Origin: a virus
Taxonomy: Duplodnaviria; Caudoviricetes
DNA length: 64,000 nt
Strand: one strand, 5' to 3'
Virus record (IMG/VR): IMGVR_UViG_3300032243_000867
Span: 160,001 to 224,000 of that record
Under the pieces are notes generated by a model, which was not told the origin of the DNA, made no database searches, and saw nothing but the letters and a program-made list of their open reading frames with translations. Position numbers and translations under genes: made by a program. Shown here in pieces: positions 1-9,326 of this stretch. Within the stretch, counting starts at the first letter, position 1. Every line of letters begins with the position of its first letter.

Positions 1-19
1 CCCGAACGACACGATTCTC

Positions 20-2530
20 ATGTCGTACCTGATTGGTACCTACCGAACGGAGGGGGCTCAGTCTGGGGATACGGTCACGGACCCCTCGGGGACGACGAAC
101 CAGTCGGCTACCCTGTTGGAGAACCTCTCTGACCGCAAGGCGAGCCTGTCCCTCACCGTTCCGGGGTACTACCGTTACTACTCCGCCTCGCATCCGAACG
201 TGGCCATGCAGGGCTACGAGAGGATCGACACTACGGGTACTCCGAGCCCCGCTTCGGGAAGCACCGCCGCACCCGACGCGGAGAACTCGACGGGTTTGAC
301 TCCCATTGTGCGCCGCCCCGGACGCAACATCGCCCGCGCCGGGGGGTACATCTCTGGGCCGCGTCAAGACGTTCTTACCCAGACCACCCCCTTGACCCCC
401 CTTCAGGCGGCGGGGTACCTAGCGGAAGCATGGCGGAGGGTCGTTCGTTCGCCTCCGCTGAACCGATCCATTCTGGAGATTCTCGTCGCCCAGTGGTCCC
501 ACGAAACGGGGAGTGGGCGGTCCATGAACAACTGGAACTTCGGCGGGTTGAAGTACGGCGGCGGGGGTCTTGCCGCCGTCTACAACCTCACTCACGAGGT
601 CGTGAACGGGCAGCGGGTGGAACTGCGCGGTGCGGCGTTTCAGGCGTACCCCAACGCCCAAACCGGGGCGGCGCACTTCGTAACCTTCCTAACGGACCGG
701 GAACGAGTCTCCGCGATTCAGCAGTACCTAGCGAATCCCGGTAACGCGACGGCGTACGCGCGGGAGCTAAAGCGAGCGCGTTACTTCACGAGCGAATTCG
801 ATGTGTACGGGCGCGACCTTCAGGGTCGCGTGAACGGCATTCGCCGCTCGGGGCTCCTCGACAGCATTCCGAACCTCCCCCCCGCCCCCGACCCGGTGCA
901 GTCACCCCCCGCTGCGGGCACCGCGGCGAATCAAAGTACGACCTCGGAACCCCCGATCACCACCTACGGGATTCGACCGATCACGGACGGTCAAGGGTTG
1001 CCCCCGGACCGTATCGGTCAGTACGTCGAGCTGTTTCCGAACCACCGGCCCACGAATGGCTTGAGGGTTCGCGTTCCCGACCGCGAAGGGACCGTGGTTC
1101 TTCCGACGAACCTCATCTACGCGATGACCATAGAATCCCGCAAACGGCGGATATACACGCGCACGGCGGTTCCCCGGAACAACCCGTTCAACCCGAGGGA
1201 CGTGTCAGTTTTCATCGACCTGTGCCTTCAGCCTTCGGGTCCGACGGGGCCGATTCTTACGGGGCTCACCGACCTCTTCAAGCAGCAGGTAGGTACCTCC
1301 GCTCTGTCCGTTCAGAGGACTACTTTCGATAGCGTGCGGGAGCTGATCACCTTTGCCGTGGAAGGGATCACGGACTTGCGTACGGCTACGGGTCCCATCG
1401 AGAACACCCTGAACATTCCGTCGAACGGAGTTCCGGGCAACTACAACCCCTCGGGCTTGTATTCCATCACCCCTCCGAACAATGCCGAGACCGTTCTCCG
1501 GGCGAAGGCGGCGGCGCTCCTTCACGATGTCACCGTAGCGAATCAGGTCCAGTTGCAACAGGCCAAGGATCTGATTAGTAGGCTCGGGCCGAACGAGGTT
1601 CTCACCACGGAGATTCAAGACCTTCTCCAGCCCTGGGAACGGTGCCTCCAGAGGCTGTACCGGGGGAGGCCCCTACCGAGCGCGGGGCCGTTCCGCGCTC
1701 AGAACTCCGTTGAGTTCACGGAGAGTGAATCGTCGGACTTCTCCCCGGTGTTCCCCGTCTCCGATGCCCTCGGATACGACCACTACGGGTCGTTCCAATA
1801 CGGGCGCGGGCTGTCCATCGAACCGGGCGGTAACTACGAACGGCTCATGTCCACGGACCCCTTGCAGTACCTCGAAGACTCGCAACGGGAGCGGTTCCTT
1901 CGGGAGTTGCGGAGCCCTCCAGATGGGCGCGGGGGACGTATTCGCGCGCTCTTCGAGGAGTTCTCTCGGGACCCTCGTTTCTCCAATAGCCCCGGCGCGC
2001 AAGCGGCCCTCGACTACTTGGAGAACGATCAGCGCAACGGCGACCGCACGACGATGATCGCCAACGGGCTGCGTAACTACATCGCTTCCGAACGCGATGC
2101 GACGATGAAGATGCCGATCAACAACGTCGCTTATCAAATGGCCGACCTTCGCCCGATGGGACAACAGGACACCTGCGAATGCCGGGGCGCAGAGGCCGAC
2201 CTTCTCCTTGCCGCGTACATGGCGGGCACGGAAAGCTACGCCTTGATCACTTCGGCGGACGAGGCTTCCATCTGGGTATCCGCGCAGATGCAACAGGCGG
2301 CGCAATCGTGGTCGGAGGCGCAGTCCCGTATGCGCGGGATGTCCGCCGATCAGGGACGGCGATCCGTCCTCGATACGGTCGAAGGTTGGAAGGGGATGGT
2401 CAACGACTTCCGCACTACGAACCAACAGAACGTCGCCGGGGTGAATCAGACCGTAGGAAGCGCCAACGCGGTAGCGGAGCGAACCCAGCAGCTATTCACC
2501 CGTCCGTTGGTGCCGAACCGCGGTCAGTGA
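20..2530 (+). CDS. Large virion protein with GH73/FlgJ-like glucosaminidase (muralytic) domain; probably 5'-truncated by the window edge
   Basis: aa ~150-270 LVAQWSHETGSG..NNWNFGGLK..THE..AFQAY..HFVTFL..YARELKRARYFT matches the GH73 pattern (AQAxLESG..NxFGIK..FxxY..YAT). The frame is open from nt 2 to the ATG. Confidence 0.7.
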   Translation: MSYLIGTYRTEGAQSGDTVTDPSGTTNQSATLLENLSDRKASLSLTVPGYYRYYSASHPNVAMQGYERIDTTGTPSPASGSTAAPDAENSTGLTPIVRRPGRNIARAGGYISGPRQDVLTQTTPLTPLQAAGYLAEAWRRVVRSPPLNRSILEILVAQWSHETGSGRSMNNWNFGGLKYGGGGLAAVYNLTHEVVNGQRVELRGAAFQAYPNAQTGAAHFVTFLTDRERVSAIQQYLANPGNATAYARELKRARYFTSEFDVYGRDLQGRVNGIRRSGLLDSIPNLPPAPDPVQSPPAAGTAANQSTTSEPPITTYGIRPITDGQGLPPDRIGQYVELFPNHRPTNGLRVRVPDREGTVVLPTNLIYAMTIESRKRRIYTRTAVPRNNPFNPRDVSVFIDLCLQPSGPTGPILTGLTDLFKQQVGTSALSVQRTTFDSVRELITFAVEGITDLRTATGPIENTLNIPSNGVPGNYNPSGLYSITPPNNAETVLRAKAAALLHDVTVANQVQLQQAKDLISRLGPNEVLTTEIQDLLQPWERCLQRLYRGRPLPSAGPFRAQNSVEFTESESSDFSPVFPVSDALGYDHYGSFQYGRGLSIEPGGNYERLMSTDPLQYLEDSQRERFLRELRSPPDGRGGRIRALFEEFSRDPRFSNSPGAQAALDYLENDQRNGDRTTMIANGLRNYIASERDATMKMPINNVAYQMADLRPMGQQDTCECRGAEADLLLAAYMAGTESYALITSADEASIWVSAQMQQAAQSWSEAQSRMRGMSADQGRRSVLDTVEGWKGMVNDFRTTNQQNVAGVNQTVGSANAVAERTQQLFTRPLVPNRGQ

Positions 2531-3090
2531 CGTGGAGTAACCCACGGGGCGCACTCCTCGTGGGCAAACCCGAGGTTCCCTCCGCACCAGACTCCCAAAC
2601 GCCGGGAACCCTCGTACGGGTGAATGGAAGATTCGCAGAAGGGGCACGTAGTGAGGGTCTTTTTGACCTCGATGGTCTCTGGCCTCTTTTTCCAGATCCC
2701 GTCCCCACCCCTCATCAGATAATTGCGAATCGGGGCGTGAATGTACGGGGGGTCGAACAGCGGGCAGTTGGGGAACCCTTCAGCGAGCGAGAGCCCGATA
2801 CGCGGGTCGTGCTCGAAGAGCTTGAACGACATCTTCCGGGCGATGCCGTGGTAGGTCGCCCACACCGTTCGCTCTAGGTCTTCCTGCGCGATGCGCTTCA
2901 GGTTCAACACCTCCTTCGCCACCACCGGGGCGCTATCCGGCACCGTCACCGTCAACCCAACCATCACCTCGTCCTTGAAGGGCACGGGCTCGTGGTGGAC
3001 GGTCACGGCGATGTGCGGGTAATCCTCCGCGCGAACGTCCCCGAACACGATGTCCCGGATGAACTCCGGGTCGAAGTCATACTTGGGCAT
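2524..3090 (-). CDS. Hypothetical protein with C-terminal Cys/His cluster (possible Zn-binding)
   Basis: 188 aa ORF with coding-like codon bias; CPFC..WC..HEEC; overlaps the upstream HNH gene. Confidence 0.6.
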   Translation of the reverse strand: MPKYDFDPEFIRDIVFGDVRAEDYPHIAVTVHHEPVPFKDEVMVGLTVTVPDSAPVVAKEVLNLKRIAQEDLERTVWATYHGIARKMSFKLFEHDPRIGLSLAEGFPNCPLFDPPYIHAPIRNYLMRGGDGIWKKRPETIEVKKTLTTCPFCESSIHPYEGSRRLGVWCGGNLGFAHEECAPWVTPRH

Positions 3091-3520
3091 CGTCTAGCCA
3101 CGACAGGTCAAGGGTCCATGGGTGCTGCGACCGCTCGCGCCACACGCGAAACGCCTCCGTGACGTGCGCCGTGGTCTGCTCGGGAGACCATTCGTTCACC
3201 CGGTCTAGGTGAATCATCGCCCGATCACCGTTGCCCACGGACATAGCCCGACCGAGGTGTCTCACTTCGTGGCAGTAGGGGCATAGGGCTTCCAGCCCGA
3301 CGAGCTTCTGGACGTGGTTCACGTCATCGTACTCCCACCGCTCGTGGCACTCCACGGGGTGCTTTCGCCCCCGCCCGCCGCAGACCTCGCACTTGTGACC
3401 CGCCCGCGCGTAGGTAGCCTTACGGAGCCGGTCCCATTCCGAGGGGCGCAACTCGGAGCGGAGGTTCCAGCCCCAAGTCGATTGCGGGACGAGTTCGACG
3501 ATCAATTTCGCGGGCGGCAT
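3077..3520 (-). CDS. HNH-type endonuclease
   Basis: CEVCG..VECHERW..LEALCPYCHEVRH, a Zn-coordinated HNH signature. Confidence 0.8.
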   Translation of the reverse strand: MPPAKLIVELVPQSTWGWNLRSELRPSEWDRLRKATYARAGHKCEVCGGRGRKHPVECHERWEYDDVNHVQKLVGLEALCPYCHEVRHLGRAMSVGNGDRAMIHLDRVNEWSPEQTTAHVTEAFRVWRERSQHPWTLDLSWLDDAQV

Positions 3521-3529
3521 CGGTGAACC

Positions 3530-3539
3530 TTACGCCCGC
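3530..3539 (-). promoter_or_regulatory. GCGGGCGTAA motif 9 nt upstream of the HNH start
   Basis: Same motif precedes several non-structural genes at 8-11 nt (see findings). Confidence 0.5.
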
Positions 3540-3550
3540 GACCCTATCCC

Positions 3551-3556
3551 TTCTAT
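3551..3556 (+). promoter_or_regulatory. TTCTAT motif 16 nt upstream of a virion gene (putative late promoter element)
   Basis: Recurrent CTAT-N14-16-start arrangement. Confidence 0.4.
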
Positions 3557-3572
3557 CCCCCACGGTGTAGCG

Positions 3573-6500
3573 ATGCCCACGGACCTGAACATTCTCAAGA
3601 AGGCTTTCCAGAACGCCACCGCCACCTACGAGTCGGTGTCGCCGGGGAACGAGCCCCTCACCCGTCGGGAGTCCGTACAGGCCGAACAGGTACTGGGTGC
3701 CCCCGCGCTCCCGAACGACGTGGGCGGGTGGGTGGCCTCGGGCGGGTTCCCGTACCAGTCCACGGAGTACCTCGCGGGTTCCACCGCCTATCCGATTCAG
3801 ACGGGAGCAATGCCCCCGGCCCGGGGGTACAGCGAGACGAACCCCGGTGCGGCGGGCTACCCGGACGTGGACTTTGTCCCGTACAACTGGGGAACCAACC
3901 GCTTCGGCAACAAGGGCGGCGCGCTCCTCGGGCACCCGATTTCTTGGGAGGTGGTCGGCCCCACGGCGAAGTCCCCGTACCTCCACTGGCAGTGGGCGGT
4001 GGACGGGACGCTCAACACTATCTCTCTTGAGCCCGGTGTGCTCACCAACACCTTCACGGGCGGCGCTCTCGTCCCCACGGTGGAGCAGGGCTACGGGCTG
4101 TCCGTTGGTGGCATCGGTGACTACAACGGGGGTCTCTACGTCCTCGTGACCCTCACGGGCGGCGAGGCAGACTCCACGGGGGCGGGCGCGCTCCTTGTCC
4201 CCGCCAGCCCTCTCACCCCGACCAACCTCGGCACTTCCTCGTTTGAGGTGTTCCGTGTCAAGAGCTACGCGGGGCAGGACATCGTTCTGGAGTCCAGCAA
4301 GCTCCTCTCGGGCTACTTCACGGTGCCGGTACTGAATCCCAAGATCAAATCGATCACCCTCATCCGCCCCAAGGTTACGCGCCTCGCGGCGTTCCCCCTG
4401 TCCGTCAGCGGGGCACAGCGCAACCAAGTGTATGTGTTTCTCCCGCCCGAGACGGCGGCGCGCTCGGAACTTCTCCCCCCGTATGTGGGCGCGGGCTCCT
4501 GTCCCGATTGGTCGGTGAACGGCATCGGCACCATCGTGAGTGACGGGAACTACGGGGAAGACACACCTCTCCCCGTGCCGCTGCCCCTGTACCGACTCGA
4601 CGGGTACATCGACGCCTCGTTGAACGTCCTCAACCAGATGCAGGTGAACGTCACCCTTGGTGCGGGTCAGTCCATCACCCAAGGGCAGATCGTTCGCGTC
4701 ACCTCTCACGCGATCGATACGATCACATCCGTCCAAGAGCCCAGCGTCTTCGGCTACTTCGAGTCCCTCACCGCCCTCATCGGTGTCTCTGGAACTCTCA
4801 ACCTCCGTCGCATACCAGAGGTGAATCCCGCCACGGGAGCCGTCTTCTACGGCCCCGGACCTTCGGGTGGGGCGAACGAGCTCGTGTCTGTCGAGGTGTA
4901 CGACCCGATCAGCACGGTCTTCACCGACCCGGTGCTGAACGTCGCGAAGGTGGCGGCGACAAGGCTCGACCACCTCATTGACCCCCGCAACGCCCCGTAC
5001 ACGTTTCAGCGGTTCTCTGGGACTGACTCGCCCGTGGGTACCACCACCCCGCCGGGGGCTTCGATCTTTGACACGGTGACGGGTTCACCCAACCCCGGCA
5101 ACCTCACGGAGCTCGGGTTCCGGGTGGTGCTGTTCCCGGCGAAGGACGAAGCGGGGGTTGCCGTCCCCGACTTCGACAACCCGATCACCAGCGAGCGGGT
5201 GGTGCTGGACCCCACGTTGCCCGCAACGACGGCGCAGACCATCGAGATCGACTACTCGGCGGGAGTTCTGTACCTGTCGCACCAGCCCGTGCCGGGACCG
5301 GGCTGCACGGTGGCCCCGAACGGCATCGTCGGCACGAGCGGGAACAACCCTCGGGGTGAGATCGTCCTGTTCGCCTCGTGCGTGCCGTACTCCCGTGAGG
5401 AGACGCAGCGCGGCGGCGGCCTCCGGGTGAAGGCCACGCGCCCGGTGAGTGACCTCAACCCTTTCGGGGAGCACGATGCCTTCGACGTGTATGGGAAGCG
5501 ATGCATCGCCATCCCGTCCTCGCCGGGTGTGTTCAATTCGGGCACCGACCTCGCCGTTATTTTTCCCACGTCGGAGCTCCCCCCGGAGACAGGTTGGTTC
5601 TACTTTGCAGAGGTGACGGCGGGGACCATCTCCTCGGTGTCCGCGCCGAACTACTATCCCTACTTCGACGGTTCTGCCCTCCTGAACACGGTGTCGGTAG
5701 CTACCGGATCGTACACCATCACGGCGGACACCAAGGTGGTGTTCATCAAGGGGCCGTGGAACCAAGTCCCGACGACGGACCTCTGGTACGCGGGCACCAC
5801 GCGAGGCGCTTCCAAGCGGGCCGACACCGTCAACTTCAAGGGAGCAAACGTCTCCCTCGGTGCGGACGGCTCGGTCACGGTGCAGACCGTTGCCACCCTC
5901 GACGAAGCCTACCGGGCCGGGGACCCCTTCACCCCCGGTGCGGGACGGGTCATCACCGTGGACGGGGCAGCGGTCGAGGCCCAGCCCGATGCTGCGGCCT
6001 ACAACGACACCTTCCGGTCCAGCTTCCGGGTGTCCGTGGCAGACGTTTTCGGGGCGAAGTCCCTCACGGGCTTCGACTTCAAGTCGGACGCCTCTACCGC
6101 TGCGTTGGCTGACCCCTACGCGGGGTTCAGCGACCGACGTGTGTTCGCCCCGACCTCTACGAGCACGACGCTCACCCCCAGCTTCACCGTGAATGTGGCG
6201 GGGGATGTAGTGACAGCGACGGGCGTGTTCTTCTGGCTCGCGGGGACTTACGCGAGCACCCTGCTGGTGTTCCGTCTCGACCTCATCGAAATCGAGGGCG
6301 TCACCTACGTCATTGAAACCTACGGTGGGTCGGGAACCCAAGTCGTCATCCGCAAACTCGACGGGACCATCCCTGTGCTCACTCTCACGGGCGTCACGGC
6401 CACGGTCTACCGCCCAAGGCTGATCACGAACCGTGGTGCGACGGGCACCCCCGCCGACAACTTCAACACTTGGATCACGGCACAGGAGCAGAGCGAGGCG

Positions 6501-7979
6501 GTCGCGGGTCAGCCCTACGGCGCACTGAACCTCTTCGCGGGTTCGTCTACCGCCCTCGCCCCCGGTGACGAGGGTGGGAGCACGGCGGCGCTGGCCTTCT
6601 GGTCCCGGTACAACTTCTTGGGCGTTGAGGTGAACGCCACACTCAACTGGCACGACACCTTCGGGCGCTTCAACTCCATCATGAACCCCACGTTCATGAC
6701 GGGCGGTGCCTACCCCGACTACCTGTACCGGGGGGACTTCGCGACGCGCGCGGTAAAGGACACGATCTTCCCGACCGCGCCCGCCTTCGGGCACATCGTC
6801 GAGGAGTATTCCGACGTAGAAGCTCGGTACGACTACCTGTCCCTCGTCCCTCTCATCCCCGGTGGTGCCACCTACAACGCCACGGCGACGAACGTCGCGA
6901 CGGGACAAGTCCGCGTGTCGCCATCGCTCTTGGCGAATCTAATCCCTTACGGCTCCGCGATCTTTGAGCTCACCAGCGTCAACGGCAATACCACCAAGCG
7001 GGGGCTGTTCCTCATCACTTCGGGCGACGGTGTAACCGTGTTTCCCGACGTGTATTTCTGGCTGCGTGACCTCAACGGCACCGTGGGCACGCTCGCCAAC
7101 CCCCCGTTGTCCGTGGTCAACGGGGACACCCTCACCTTCCGGCTGCACTTCTCGACCTCCATCGGGAAGCGCAAGAACACCCTGTACCTCGACACGGCAC
7201 TCGCGGCAGTGTCCCACACCCCTTCCCAGTCCCTCGGCGTGGGCCTTGAGACCAATGCGGTGGGGCTCGCCATCAGCGCCCCCATCCGTTACTTCGGAGC
7301 GATCAACGAAGATCGCCACGCCTACCGGGTGACGCAAGCCACCCTCGGGACCGGGCTGTCACCGTCGAACGTCGAGACGGCGGCGCTCGACGTGGAGGGC
7401 TACCACAAAGCTTACGACTACCTGTACCTGTCGTCGCGGACCATCACCAAGCAGATCAACAGCCAGCTAGGGCAGAGCTTCGGGTCCACGAACAACCCAG
7501 AGTGGCACTGGATCGACGGGAGCCATTACTGGCAGGGGGCGGGCAACGTCAAGAAGATCAAGTTCCCCCTAGACCTCCCTCGGTCCAGCACCCGTACAAA
7601 CAGCGCGGCGGCACTCACACACCGCACCCGTCTCACGTCCGTGATCGTGACGGGCACCTTCGGCGCGGGAGTGACCCCGGCCTACGCGGAGCTTCACAAG
7701 ATCACGGTGAACCCCGCCGCCGTGCCCACGTCTACGCCTATCTATCTCGGTCCTGCCGTGACTCCCATCGCAACGACGTACAACCTCGCCGCCCTCGGTG
7801 ACACCCAATACACCATTGGTGTGTGGGCCGACAACGCGGGCACGGTCCCCGTCTACGTCGATAACACTTCGACGGACTACTACTACCTCACGATCACATC
7901 GAGCAACAACACGGGCACAAACGACCGCATCTACGGTGTTTCTATGGTCTACACCGACCCCGGCCCCAAGAACTACTGA
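3573..7979 (+). CDS. Large virion structural protein (tail/baseplate/fibre-like), 1468 aa
   Basis: Long G/T/V/P/A-rich beta-type ORF with strong codon bias, within the structural cluster; no catalytic motif recognised. Confidence 0.6.
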   Translation: MPTDLNILKKAFQNATATYESVSPGNEPLTRRESVQAEQVLGAPALPNDVGGWVASGGFPYQSTEYLAGSTAYPIQTGAMPPARGYSETNPGAAGYPDVDFVPYNWGTNRFGNKGGALLGHPISWEVVGPTAKSPYLHWQWAVDGTLNTISLEPGVLTNTFTGGALVPTVEQGYGLSVGGIGDYNGGLYVLVTLTGGEADSTGAGALLVPASPLTPTNLGTSSFEVFRVKSYAGQDIVLESSKLLSGYFTVPVLNPKIKSITLIRPKVTRLAAFPLSVSGAQRNQVYVFLPPETAARSELLPPYVGAGSCPDWSVNGIGTIVSDGNYGEDTPLPVPLPLYRLDGYIDASLNVLNQMQVNVTLGAGQSITQGQIVRVTSHAIDTITSVQEPSVFGYFESLTALIGVSGTLNLRRIPEVNPATGAVFYGPGPSGGANELVSVEVYDPISTVFTDPVLNVAKVAATRLDHLIDPRNAPYTFQRFSGTDSPVGTTTPPGASIFDTVTGSPNPGNLTELGFRVVLFPAKDEAGVAVPDFDNPITSERVVLDPTLPATTAQTIEIDYSAGVLYLSHQPVPGPGCTVAPNGIVGTSGNNPRGEIVLFASCVPYSREETQRGGGLRVKATRPVSDLNPFGEHDAFDVYGKRCIAIPSSPGVFNSGTDLAVIFPTSELPPETGWFYFAEVTAGTISSVSAPNYYPYFDGSALLNTVSVATGSYTITADTKVVFIKGPWNQVPTTDLWYAGTTRGASKRADTVNFKGANVSLGADGSVTVQTVATLDEAYRAGDPFTPGAGRVITVDGAAVEAQPDAAAYNDTFRSSFRVSVADVFGAKSLTGFDFKSDASTAALADPYAGFSDRRVFAPTSTSTTLTPSFTVNVAGDVVTATGVFFWLAGTYASTLLVFRLDLIEIEGVTYVIETYGGSGTQVVIRKLDGTIPVLTLTGVTATVYRPRLITNRGATGTPADNFNTWITAQEQSEAVAGQPYGALNLFAGSSTALAPGDEGGSTAALAFWSRYNFLGVEVNATLNWHDTFGRFNSIMNPTFMTGGAYPDYLYRGDFATRAVKDTIFPTAPAFGHIVEEYSDVEARYDYLSLVPLIPGGATYNATATNVATGQVRVSPSLLANLIPYGSAIFELTSVNGNTTKRGLFLITSGDGVTVFPDVYFWLRDLNGTVGTLANPPLSVVNGDTLTFRLHFSTSIGKRKNTLYLDTALAAVSHTPSQSLGVGLETNAVGLAISAPIRYFGAINEDRHAYRVTQATLGTGLSPSNVETAALDVEGYHKAYDYLYLSSRTITKQINSQLGQSFGSTNNPEWHWIDGSHYWQGAGNVKKIKFPLDLPRSSTRTNSAAALTHRTRLTSVIVTGTFGAGVTPAYAELHKITVNPAAVPTSTPIYLGPAVTPIATTYNLAALGDTQYTIGVWADNAGTVPVYVDNTSTDYYYLTITSSNNTGTNDRIYGVSMVYTDPGPKNY

Positions 7980-7994
7980 CCAAAGGACCCATCA

Positions 7995-8501
7995 ATGAAC
8001 CCGCTGGACATCCTGTACGCTTGGCAGTCGGCCCTTCTCGCCGTGGTGATCGTCGGCCTCACCCAAGCGGTGAAAGCGGGCATCGAGGCGTACCTCGTTC
8101 TCAAGAACGCGGGCACCCCCAAGACCGGGAAGGAACTTCGGGGCGAGGTCGCCGTGATCGACCGGGCGGTGCTCCCCCTCGTGCCGCTCCTCTCGGGCGC
8201 GATCATGGGCGCGTTCGTCCCGATGCGCCCGGAGGTGCTCGTGCAGTACGTCAACGAGCACGGTGGTGGTTCCCGCCTCGCCTACGCCATGTGGGGCGCG
8301 GCCATCGGGCAGTTCTCGGACTACCTGTATCAGCGGTTCAAGCGGATGCTCCCGGCGCAGCCCACCGCGCCCCCGGTAGCAACGGGCACCTACTCCGTGA
8401 CACCCCCCGCGGAAGAAGCGGCACCCGCGCCCGCCCGCGACGACAGCGAGGGCCGGGAAACCATCCCGCCCGCGTCGATTGACGCCCCCCGGCAAGACTG
8501 A
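7995..8501 (+). CDS. Small membrane protein, holin-like
   Basis: Hydrophobic segments ALLAVVIVGLTQAVK, VLPLVPLLSGAIMGAFV and LAYAMWGAAIG; Pro/Ala/acidic tail. Confidence 0.45.
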   Translation: MNPLDILYAWQSALLAVVIVGLTQAVKAGIEAYLVLKNAGTPKTGKELRGEVAVIDRAVLPLVPLLSGAIMGAFVPMRPEVLVQYVNEHGGGSRLAYAMWGAAIGQFSDYLYQRFKRMLPAQPTAPPVATGTYSVTPPAEEAAPAPARDDSEGRETIPPASIDAPRQD

Positions 8502-8524
8502 ACCCCCCGTAGAGTAGGACGCCC

Positions 8525-9316
8525 ATGAGAATCTACGCGGACGTGAACCGTCTCCCGGACCTCCCGGTCAACGAGACGAGCTCGGTCATCATTCAGGTCG
8601 CGCCGTCACCCGCCGCGGGCGTCTCCACCCCGATCAACGGCAAATTCGTGGTAGACATCCCCGACGGGGTGTACCCGCCGCGCATCACGGAAGCCTCGCG
8701 GCTGATCAACACCGCCGCCCCTAACTACATCACCGGAGAGATCTTCGAGAACCTTCGGCGTGCGTTCGCGGGCTACCGCCATGTCGTATCGAACCCGCTG
8801 CTCACGTCGGCGGACGTGGGCCTTCTCGACCCCACGGCGACGTTTCCCTTCGACCCCGGACCCCCGGCGCAATCGTGGCCGTCCCGGTGCCAGCTAGGTA
8901 GGGCAGCGGCCCCGGCGGGCGTCGCCCCGAACTCGGTGGCGGTGCTGGCGGAGAACCCGTACACCACGCCCCCTAGGCCGGGGGTGCTCATCACGGACAC
9001 GATTGACATTGGCCCTGTGACGGGCGGTGTGGGCGCCAACAACTTCATCGTGTACTGGAAGGTGTACACGATGACGGTGACCGACGACGTGATGGACTAC
9101 GGGGCGGGCACGAACACCCCGGCGATCAAGAACCTCGTCGAAGCCCCGCAAGACATCGTAGAAGTTTTCCTGTCGGTCAATGACGGCGCGGGCTACACGC
9201 CCGTATCCCGTCTATCCCCCTGCGTAACGTGTGACCCCGGTACGCTACTTCGGTTGGCGTTCGTGAATCACAACCCGTACAAGGTCTACCTCACCGCCTA
9301 CGCGGTGTTGTTCTGA
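8525..9316 (+). CDS. Putative virion protein, 263 aa
   Basis: Strong codon bias; co-oriented, 10 nt before the 1826 aa gene. Confidence 0.6.
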   Translation: MRIYADVNRLPDLPVNETSSVIIQVAPSPAAGVSTPINGKFVVDIPDGVYPPRITEASRLINTAAPNYITGEIFENLRRAFAGYRHVVSNPLLTSADVGLLDPTATFPFDPGPPAQSWPSRCQLGRAAAPAGVAPNSVAVLAENPYTTPPRPGVLITDTIDIGPVTGGVGANNFIVYWKVYTMTVTDDVMDYGAGTNTPAIKNLVEAPQDIVEVFLSVNDGAGYTPVSRLSPCVTCDPGTLLRLAFVNHNPYKVYLTAYAVLF

Positions 9317-9326
9317 AAGGTGCCCC

